Shown here in pieces: positions 13,262-22,930 of a DNA stretch of 64,000 bases (position 1 is its first letter; each line of letters starts with the position of its first letter). Origin of the DNA: Selaginella moellendorffii. Lineage: Eukaryota > Plantae > Lycopodiophyta. Location: assembly GCF_000143415.4 (NCBI RefSeq), contig NW_003314333.1, positions 813,815 through 877,814 on the forward strand, in the 5' to 3' direction. Below the pieces are notes generated by a model, which worked only from the letters and a program-made list of their open reading frames with translations, had not been told where the DNA came from and searched no databases. The position numbers were made by a program, and so were the translations under genes.

Positions 13262-15994
13262 TCAAACTTGGTCAGTAAGAAGTTTGCGAGCTTCACTCTC
13301 GACGTTGTCTACCGTGAAGCCAAATTTCTTGAACACGTCCAGGTAAGCTCCACTCTTTCCAAACGAGTTCACCGCAAGAACCCGGCCATGGAAGCCAACG
13401 TACTCTCTCCATCCAACCGGCGAGCCAGCCTCCACGCTCAATCTCTTCTTCACGCTCCTCGGAAGAATCTCATCCTTGTACTCGAGCGGCTGCTCGTCGA
13501 ACAGCTCCCAGCTAACCAGCGACACCACTCGGACCTTGAGTCCATCGTTTCGCAGCTTCTCGGCCGCTCCCTCGCACAGGCATAGCTCGGAGCCTGTTCC
13601 GATGATAATGAGCTCGGGATCGCTGCCGCTGGAGGAATTGTCGCTGACGATGTAGCCTCCCTTCTCAACCTTGTCAGCCGAAGTTCCTGCTACGTGAGCC
13701 TGGACTTTCTGCCTGGAGAGTGCGATCACGGTCGGGCCTGAATCTCGTCTTCTCACTGCCACTTTGTATGCTCCGCTGGTTTCGTTGCCATCAGCCGGGC
13801 GTAGAACGACCAAGTTTGGGATCGCTCGAAGTCCCACGAGCTGTTCTACTGGCTGGTGCGTCGGACCATCCTCACCCAGGCCGATGGAGTCGTGCGTGCA
13901 AATGTAGATCACGCCGGCTCGGCTGAGAGCTGAGAGCCTCATGGCGTGTTTCATGTAGTCGCTGAAGGCTAGGAACGTTGCCGCGAACGGGATGAGACCG
14001 CTAGAGTGGAGAGACAGGCCATTGGAGATCGCTGCCATTGCGTGCTCACGAATTCCATAGCGGACGTTTCTTCCCCACGGAGTCTTGTGTTGGAAATCAT
14101 CGTAGTCTTTGAGATAGGCCTTGTTTGATGATGCTAAGTCTGCACTGCCGCCAATCAGTCCAGGAATCACAGTAGATAATGCGTTGAGGCATTTCTCCGA
14201 GTAGCTTCGGGTGGCGTCCACAGGATCTGATTGAGACCATGTCTATAAAACAAACAAAAACGTGAGACACGAAACAAAACTACTAAGTGAAGTGAAACAC
14301 AAAAAACTTACCGGTAAGACTTTTTCCCATCCCTCGGAAATAATATTTCCAAGAAGCTGTTTGAACTCGTTGGCCTCGTTAGGAAATTCCTGCTCGTACT
14401 TGGCAAGCTCTATGTTCCACTCCTCTTCTATGCATTCTGCTTCCTTGGCCTTTTTCTTGAACTCCCTGGAACGAAGCTTAGTCAAGACGCAATGAAGATA
14501 CTCGACTTACTCGTAAACCGTGGGTACGACATAGAAAGGCTCTCTTCCCTCCCAACTAAGAGCCGCTTTGATGCCTTCCACGTCTTCCTCGTCAAAAGTT
14601 CCGTGATGTGCTTTAGAAGTTCCTTGTTTCTTAGAAGGAAAACCGATTGAAGACTTTACCTGAACAAAATGCGGCTTAGCAAACGAAAGCAATAAGCATT
14701 CTCACGATACTCTACCTGGATTAATGTTGGTTTCTCAGTTTCCGCGAAAGCTTCGTCTAGAGCTTTAACAAACTTTCCAGGATGCTCGTGGATATCTTCC
14801 ACAAGAATCGTTTGCCATCCTAGAGCCCTGTATCTGCCAGCCACATCCTCCGAGAACGCAAGCTCTGTATCACCATCAATCGTATTATGATTGTCATCGT
14901 AAATGACTGTGAGCTTGTCGAGTTTCCAGTGCCCGGCTAATGAAGCTGATTCGTTTGAAATGCCCTCCATAGCGCATCCATCTCCCATAATGCAAAACCT
15001 GTAAAAATTGATGTTTGTGATAAGATCCACGAGTTGTTTCCTTACGTTCTGTGGTTAACGATATCATGTCCCGGTTTATTGAATCGTGCTGCTAGATGAC
15101 GTTCCGCTAACGCTAGTCCCACAGCATTTGCTACTCCTTGTCCAAGAGGACCTATAAACCAAAGAAGAAGAAGCAAGAAATCAATAGCATCAAACCAGAC
15201 TGAAAAAAATCATACCAGTTGTTACTTCGATACCAGCAGTCTCAGAATTTTCTGGGTGGCCTGGAGTACGTGCTCCAAACTTACACAGGCGTTTCAAGTC
15301 CTCCATCTAAGAAGAAACAATCGCAGGCTAAGAACAAACAAGAAAGAAAGAAAGAAAAACCTCAAACCTGGACAGATTCAAAGCCTGCTAGATGAAGACA
15401 TATGTACTGAAGAAGGCAGCCATGGCCAGCGCTAAGAACGAAGCGATCGCGATTAAACCATCCAGGATTTCCTGGATTGTATTTCATCACCTTCCTGTAG
15501 AGCGTGAATCCAACCTCGGCCATTCCCAGAGGCATTCCTGGATGCCCAGCCTTGGCATTGTTGACGGCATCCACCACAAGCATGCGCATATTTTGGACGC
15601 ATCGTCGATCGATCTGTTCCTGGAGCCATTCCTTGTCGCGAGCGCGTCCATTTGCCTTGGATTCATCCCACACCCTTGATCCAAGTATCATCTTCAGCTC
15701 ATCCTCCCACACCTCCACAGACCCTAGCTCCGATTCTTCCCGGAATTCCTCCCTCGCTGTGTCCACGGATCTATCGTGCGTCTCCCGCGGCTCGATATCG
15801 AGCGCCGTGGATTTCCGGATGGACTCCTTGACCTGATCCCTCTGCTGGGACGAGGCGCGAACCTGGAGATGGAGAAACCTGTGCCTGTGAGCTCCCGCCG
15901 GCGATCGAGCGAGAAGAAAGCGCCCGGCCCTGGCATTGTAAATCGAGGACGAAATCGAGAGAGAGCCCGTCGATGATGCTGTGAGGGACGCCAT
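13262..15994 (-). CDS. Transketolase with plastid transit peptide, multi-exon
   Basis: [23 protein letters not shown]-binding GDGCAMEG...[36 protein letters not shown]. Confidence 0.93.
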
Positions 15995-16239
15995 TGCTGC
16001 TCTCTCGAGCATGAAAGACCTTCCATTCGAAATATAGGGCTTTAACAACAAACGTGGCAAGAGCCAACAAGGCCAAGTGGCAGCCGCGCGTCCAAAGTAC
16101 ATATTCACTGGTTATGACTACCATAACTATGTTTAGTTCTATATGTGTTTAAAAATAATGAACTTGTTTAATATTAAAAAATATTTTTAAAATAAAAAAA
16201 TTTAAAATAATTTCTTTGTTAACCCCAAAACAAATAACT

Positions 16240-16385
16240 ATTATGATTATGACTATTATTATTATTATTATTATTAAAAGTCCAGAAGAAAGAATCAGAT
16301 AGAATAGATGTTTTAATGGGTAAAATAAGCATATTATTATTATTATTATTATCATCATCATCATCATTATTAATATCATTATTAG
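16240..16385. repeat. (ATT)n/(ATC)n trinucleotide microsatellites downstream of BURP copy 1
   Basis: attattattatt... and atcatcatc... runs, much reduced at the equivalent position of copy 2. Confidence 0.8.
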
Positions 16386-16400
16386 CTTTTTTAGATCCAA

Positions 16401-18311
16401 TCAAGCATAGACACTGGCAGTGGGAACGAACATAATGACCGTTTCCACAAACCAGTGACAAACATAAGTCTTGCCCATCTTGTGGCACAGAACGTTTGGA
16501 GTGAGCTCCATGCCACTGCTGGTCTTCACATTTACTTTGGAAGCGCTGGTGCTACTCACCTTGTGACAGAAGTAAACTTTGTATGGAAACATAGTCGTGT
16601 GGCAGACGACCATAAGAGTGTCGCCTTTCGTGATGGGCTTGACCTCGCCAAGCTTGATAGTTTTTCCAACCTCGGCCGCAAAAGCCTTGCTTCCTGTCAC
16701 CATGGTAATCTCCACAGGGCCAAGGGTGGAGGTGACGAACTCGGCCATTTCTTCCGTGGAAGCCACACACTTCATCTTCCCCCCAGCATTGTCATTGCAG
16801 AGTTCCAGAGTGAAGGCCATTTTTCTTGCCAGTGGAGACTCCTTTGGGACGTTAAACTCTTTCAAGTATGAGTCAAGGCTCCGCTTACCGAAGTTTGTGT
16901 GCTTAGCCATTGCGCTTGGCAGGAGTGCCCGTGGAGGATAAGTGTCACGGATGTTTGGGAGGACACTTTCAGTTCCTGTCAAGATTTTCCACAAGTACGA
17001 GTAAGAAGATAAGTTTGCAAAAGGAATGTTTGGACATACCGTTTCTTTGTCGGAGTTCTTCCAGTGTGAAGAAGTGATGGAGCATTCCAGGGGAGCACTT
17101 CGTTATTAAGGCTTTGATGGTTGGCCAGTCCATAGAGTGCAGTGACTTCCTTCCTCCATAACCCTCTTCCTCGTACTCAGTAAAAATCTGGATCAAATAC
17201 AGCGGCATGTTCTTCTTGCAACTAGTGCTTGGTTTGACAGAAGCATCGCCAAAGTGAGCATTTCCTCCTAATCCGTGGTCACCAAAGTGAGCATTTCCAC
17301 CTAGAGAAGCATCACCAAAGTGAGGATTTACGCCTAAACCATGGTCTTTGAAGTCCCCAAAGTGAGCATTGCCACCTAAACCTTTGAAGTCTCCATTGCC
17401 ATGGTCCTTAAAGTCACCAAAGTGAGCATTACCACCCAAACCATGATCTTTGAAATCGCCGAAGTGCGCGTTGCCACCCAAACCATGGTCTTTGAAGTCG
17501 CCAAAGTGGGCGTTACCACCCAATGATCCATGGTAACCATTTCCACCCAAACTTTGGTCTTTGAAGTCACCAAAGTGAGCATTACCACCGAAACCATGAT
17601 CTTTGAAATCGCCAAAGTGCGCGTTGCCACCCAAACCATGGTCTTTGAAATCGCCAAAATGGGCGTTGCCACCCAATGATTTGAAATCGCCAAAGTGGGC
17701 ATTGCCACCCAAGTCATGGTCTTTGAAGTCGCCAAAGTGTGCATTTCCACCCAATGATCCGTGGTCTTTGAAGTCACCAAAGTGCGCGTTTCCACCCAAT
17801 CCAGTGTCACCAAAGTGAGCATTTCCGCCAAGCCCGTGATCCTTATGAAAGTCACCAAAGTGAGCGTTTCCACCCAGAGCTCCATGATCTTTGAAGTCAC
17901 CAAAGTGTGCATTGCCGCCAAGATCTCTGGCTTCCAGCGAGCGTACACGGTCATGGAAGTCACCAAAGTGAGCATTCCCTCCGAGCTTGCTTGCTGCAAG
18001 GGCGGTCTTCTCTGCAGCATCGCCAAAGTGGGCATTGCCTCCATGCCTTCCATAAGGATGACAAAAAAATCCTGCACGGTGGCAAAGCTTTGCATCGGCC
18101 GTGAAAACGCCTCTTCTCATCTGCTCGCCGAAGCGAGCCGATTCGAATGCCCCCAGAGGCGAGGCTTCATCGGCGAAACTCGTGGCGATTATGTCACTGC
18201 ATTCGGAAAGCTGCCCCAGCTTTAGTAACGATTGAACGATAGAAGTTGGAAAGAACTACTTACAAGGAGAGACGAGAAGAGAAGAGATAGGCCGAGCGCA
18301 AGGCGATCCAT
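16401..18311 (-). CDS. Secreted BURP-domain protein with GGNAHFGD repeat array, copy 1 (exons 18311-18264, 18219-17040, 16975-16401; about 600 aa)
   Basis: Signal-peptide exon MDRLALGLSLLFSSLL; repeat array; BURP start HFFTLEEL...LPNIRD..P.RALLP; CVASTEEM; four CH dipeptides (CH-x10-CH-x25-CH-x7-CH); GT-AG introns keep frame. Confidence 0.9.
17245..18042 (-). repeat. Coding tandem repeat: 17 exact GGNAHFGD plus one GVNPHFGD
   Basis: Counted in the translation; unit mostly 42 bp with synonymous codon variation. Confidence 0.95.
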
Positions 18312-18519
18312 GGTCTTGCGATGGGGCTGGAAGCCAGAATTTATTGATCGTAGTCTCACTGTGCAAGTAAAGAGACAGATATCTTTCAAGCCTCCGTGGC
18401 TTTAACTCTTTTGTCGGAGCGTGAATTATAGAGGAAGAATTCAATTTAGAATTGCATGTTGAAACTTTTGCTAAAACTCTTTATAAAATTATTGCATTGA
18501 TTAATTGATCGATTTTGGA

Positions 18520-19666
18520 GATAAGGACCCGCACCAACTTTCGGGCTGGACGAATTCTGGCAGAATTTTCAAGATAATTATTTAATCTAATTAATTTGTA
18601 TTAAGGTTGGGACTACTACTTCTGCAATTGATCCATTACCAGCACTGGCTGATAGTGCCAAGGTAAAAATACATTTTCTAGTTATTGAATGTTTTAATAT
18701 TTTCCAAGAGACGGGAATGTGGGATGTGGTTCCATGTTGATGCAGCTTATGCTTGTAATGCATTTGTCCAGAATTTCGACATTTTTTAAATGGTGTTGAA
18801 AATGCCCACTCTTTTAATCTAAGTGCAAATAAGTGGCTTCTTACCAATATTGACTGCTCCATACTTTGGCTGAAGGTTTGATCTTTTACAAACGTTACGA
18901 TCAATTTTTAATATACTCTTACAGGACTCTAAGCAGCTATCTTCGACACTTTCAACATTAACAAACAAAGAGGTATGAGTTTTTAAATCTACTCTTTTTC
19001 ATAGTTCAATTCAGTCTCGGGTGGTAAATTTCAAAGATTGGCAAGTTGCTCAAGGAAGACGATTTAGGTAAGTGCGAATAATTCTTTTTCCTTTGACATG
19101 GGATACTCTTTTCAGATCTTTAAAGCTGTGGTTTATGATGCGCTTGTATGGAGCCTCGGGACTTCGTAGCCACATAAGAACTCACATAAACCATGCTAAG
19201 CATTTCGAGATCCTTGTGCGAGAGGACTCTCGCTTTGAGGTATAACTCGTGAGAGTTCTCTAAAATTGTGAGACCATGATCTACGTTTGTGAGTTGCCAG
19301 ATCTTAGCACCATGTCGATTTGGTCTCGTTTGCTTCAGGCTCAAACCAAGTGTAAAACAGTAAGGGCCAACAGCGTCGAGCGCCGTCAGGTGGTCGAAGA
19401 TTGGAATGGACACTCGGAGAGATCTCTGTGAAGATAACGGAGGGAAACTGAACTGTTTGCTTCTGGAAGCTGGGGGAAAGATTTTCATGACACAAGGAGC
19501 TCTCAAGCTATAGTGAAATGGGACTATAACCTATTTATCCTCAGGTACTCTCGGGCGTGTATACATTGAATGTCAATTGGTGGCACGCAGACTAAACGTG
19601 AAAATGTTGATGGTGCGTGGAAGATAATCCAGGAGGAAGCACAAAACTTGTTAGATCAAGATTAAT
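18520..19666 (+). pseudogene. Truncated duplicate of the AADC-like decarboxylase
   Basis: Near-identical to 23900-24990 but lacks about 1 kb of 5' exons, has small frameshifting deletions and an approximately 70-bp foreign insertion. Confidence 0.88.
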
Positions 19667-19739
19667 AAGACCAGGTTATAATATCAAGAATAATAATTAA
19701 ATAAGAAAACCCTAGCTTTTAAAATGGTGAAAATTCTGG

Positions 19740-20580
19740 CCCAGTGGCTATGTGTGAGAAAGGGGCGAGTCTCGGAAGAGTTCTAGATGTGGTGACTAGG
19801 TATGTTTTTCTCTTTTCCTTTGTATCCGTTCCAGGTACTAGGCTCGCCAGGCAGCAGCATTGCCCGAGCAAGAGGGCTGTAGAAAGATCGAGGTTATATT
19901 TCTCAAGATCGTCTCCCAGGATCGCCAGGAGCTTTTCGGGAAGCAATGCGGAGAGCCCATCATCAAGAAACCCATTGAGAAGAGGGGATTTTTGCTAGGA
20001 AACCATTTGAATTGGAGAACACACATAACTGTGGTTTTTGCCGGCGCTATTTTGCTCGCAACACCTGTGTTTGCGGCTGATGCTCTCAAGACATGTTCCT
20101 GTCTTCTAAAAGAGTGCTGGTAATTTTATTTTTCTCTTTTGTCCTTCAAGAAAGATGAGTTTTTTTTTCTTCCCTAGATTGGAGCTTGCTTGATGCATTG
20201 CAGATCCTTCGTGTGCTGCCGATGTTGCGTGCTTGCAAACTTGTAATAATTGACCTAACAAGACTGAGTGCCAAGTAAGTCTCTAGATTTTGTGTAAAAC
20301 TTCTTTTGGATTGATAGACCGTTGTGATTCACAAATACTTTCGGATAAAATGCAGAGACATTTTCGAAAACAAGGTGGTGGATAAATTCAACAATTGAGC
20401 AGTGAAAATGCAAAGACATTTTCAAGAACAAGGTGGTGGACAAATTCAACGATTGTGCGGTGAGCTGCAAGAGCTGCGTCCCGCAGAAGAAAGATGAGGG
20501 GCATTTCCCAGTCCCGCCACCCTCGGCACTTATCTAGAGCTTTGACACCACGAAGTTTACCAGGAAATGGTTCATCTCCA
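19740..20580 (+). pseudogene. Truncated duplicate of violaxanthin de-epoxidase
   Basis: Matches 25110-25960; CGA>TGA and CAG>TAG stops; internal duplication of about 58 bp at 20346-20460; ends abruptly at the duplication junction 20580. Confidence 0.88.
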
Positions 20581-20728
20581 AATGTGTTTAAAATAATGAA
20601 GTTGTTTAATATTTAAAATATTTATTTACAACTTATCAAGAATTTAAAAAAATTAATATAATTTCAACTATTTTTTGTTGTTAACCCCAAAGCCAATAAG
20701 TATTATTATTATTATGACTAAGATACAA

Positions 20729-22693
20729 TCAAGCATAAACAGTGGCAATGGGAACGAACATAATGACCGTTTCCACAAACCAGTGACAAACATAAGTCTT
20801 GCCCATCTTGTGGCACAGAACGTTTGGAGTGAGCTCCATGCCACTGCTGGTCTTCACATTTACTTTGGAAGCGCTGGTGCTACTCACCTTGTGACAGAAG
20901 TAAACTTTGTATGGAAACATAGTCGTGTGGCAGACGACCATAAGAGTGTCGCCTTTCGTGATGGGCTTGACCTCGCCAAGCTTGATAGTTTTTCCAACCT
21001 CGGCCGCAAAAGCCTTGCTTCCTGTCACCATGGTAATCTCCACAGGGCCAAGGGTGGAGGTGACGAACTCGGCCATTTCTTCCGTGGAAGCCACACACTT
21101 CATCTTCCCCCCAGCATTGTCATTGCAGAGTTCCAGAGTGAAGGCCATTTTTCTTGCCAGTGGAGACTCCTTTGGGACGTTAAACTCCTTCAAGTATGAG
21201 TCAAGGCTCCGCTTACCGAAGTTTGTGTGCTTAGCCATTGCGCTTGGCAGGAGTGCCCGTGGAGGATAAGTGTCACGGATGTTTGGGAGGACACTTTCAG
21301 TTCCTGTCAAGATTTTCCACAAGTACGAGTAAGAAGATAAGTTTGCAAAAGGAATGTTTGGACTTACCGTTTCTTTGTCGGAGTTCTTCCAGTGTGAAGA
21401 AGTGGTGGAGCATTCCAGGGGAGCACTTCGTTATTAAGGCTTTGATGGTTGGCCAGTCCATAGAGTGCAGTGACTTCCTTCCTCCATAACCCTCTTCCTC
21501 GTACTCAGTAAAAATCTGGATCAAATACAGCGGCATGTTCTTCTTGCAACTAGTGCTTGGTTTGACAGAAGCATCGCCAAAGTGAGCATTTCCTCCTAAT
21601 CCGTGGTCACCAAAGTGAGCATTTCCACCTAGAGAAGCATCACCAAAGTGAGGATTTACGCCTAAACCATGGTCTTTGAAGTCCCCAAAGTGAGCATTGC
21701 CACCTAAACCTTTGAAGTCTCCATTGCCATGGTCCTTAAAGTCGCCAAAGTGAGCATTGCCACCCAAACTTTTGTCTTTGAAGTCACCAAAGTGAGCATT
21801 ACCACCCAAACCATGATCTTTGAAATCGCCGAAGTGCGCGTTGCCACCCAAACCATGGTCTTTGAAGTCGCCAAAGTGGGCGTTACCACCCAATGATCCA
21901 TGGTAACCATTTCCACCCAAACTTTGGTCTTTGAAGTCACCAAAGTGAGCATTACCACCGAAACCATGATCTTTGAAATCGCCAAAGTGCGCGTTGCCAC
22001 CCAAACCATGGTCTTTGAAATCGCCAAAATGGGCGTTGCCACCCAATGATTTGAAATCGCCAAAGTGGGCATTGCCACCCAAGTCATGGTCTTTGAAGTC
22101 GCCAAAGTGTGCATTTCCACCCAATGATCCGTGGTCTTTGAAGTCACCAAAGTGCGCGTTTCCACCCAATCCAGTGTCACCAAAGTGAGCATTTCCGCCA
22201 AGCCCGTGATCCTTATGAAAGTCACCAAAGTGAGCGTTTCCACCCAGAGCTCCATGATCTTTGAGGTCACCAAAGTGTGCATTGCCGCCAAGATCTCTGG
22301 CTTCCAGCGAGCGTACACGGTCATGGAAGTCACCAAAGTGAGCATTCCCTCCGAGCTTGCTTGCTGCAAGGGCGGTCTTCTCTGCAGCATCGCCAAAGTG
22401 GGCATTGCCTCCATGCCTTCCATAAGGATGACAAAAAAATCCTGCACGGTGGCAAAGCTTTGCATCGGCCGTGAAAACGCCTCTTCTCATCTGCTCGCCG
22501 AAGCGAGCCGATTCGAATGCCCCCAGAGGCGAGGCTTCATCGGCGAAACTCGTGGAGATTATGTCACTGCATTCGGAAAGCTGCCAAACAGGAATCCCCA
22601 GCTTTAGTAACGATTGAACGATAGAAGTTGGAAAGAACTACTTACAAGGAGAGACGAGAAGAGAAGAGATAGGCCGAGCGCAAGTCGATCCAT
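20729..22693 (-). CDS. Secreted BURP-domain protein with GGNAHFGD repeat array, copy 2 (exons 22693-22646, 22601-21368, 21303-20729; about 618 aa)
   Basis: Near-identical to copy 1, with one extra 14-aa repeat (FKDKSLGGNAHFGD) and a 4-aa insertion near the signal peptide. Confidence 0.9.
21573..22412 (-). repeat. Coding tandem repeat: 18 exact GGNAHFGD plus one GVNPHFGD
   Basis: Counted in the translation. Confidence 0.95.
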
Positions 22694-22930
22694 GGTCTTG
22701 CGATGGGGCTGGAAGCTAGAATTTATTGATCGTAGCCTCACTGTGCAAGAAAAGAGACATAGATTTTTCAAGCCTCCGTGGGGACAATTGCTTTAATGCT
22801 CTTTTGTCCGGGATCGTGAATTATTGATCTTGGCTTTGTACATTTCTCGATTTGCAGATAAGGACCCGGCACCGGCTATCGTGCTGGACGATCTCAACTA
22901 ATCATGTCAGAACCCTAAACACCGACGTTG

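Noticed and set aside
17376-18225. Long alternative-frame and antisense ORFs over the BURP repeats (and 21704-22607)
   Set aside because: By-products of a stop-poor repeat; no independent start context or family motifs.
17245-22412. CRISPR-like appearance of the 42-bp periodic repeats
   Set aside because: They are in-frame coding repeats with synonymous variation inside intron-containing plant genes; no unique spacers or cas genes.
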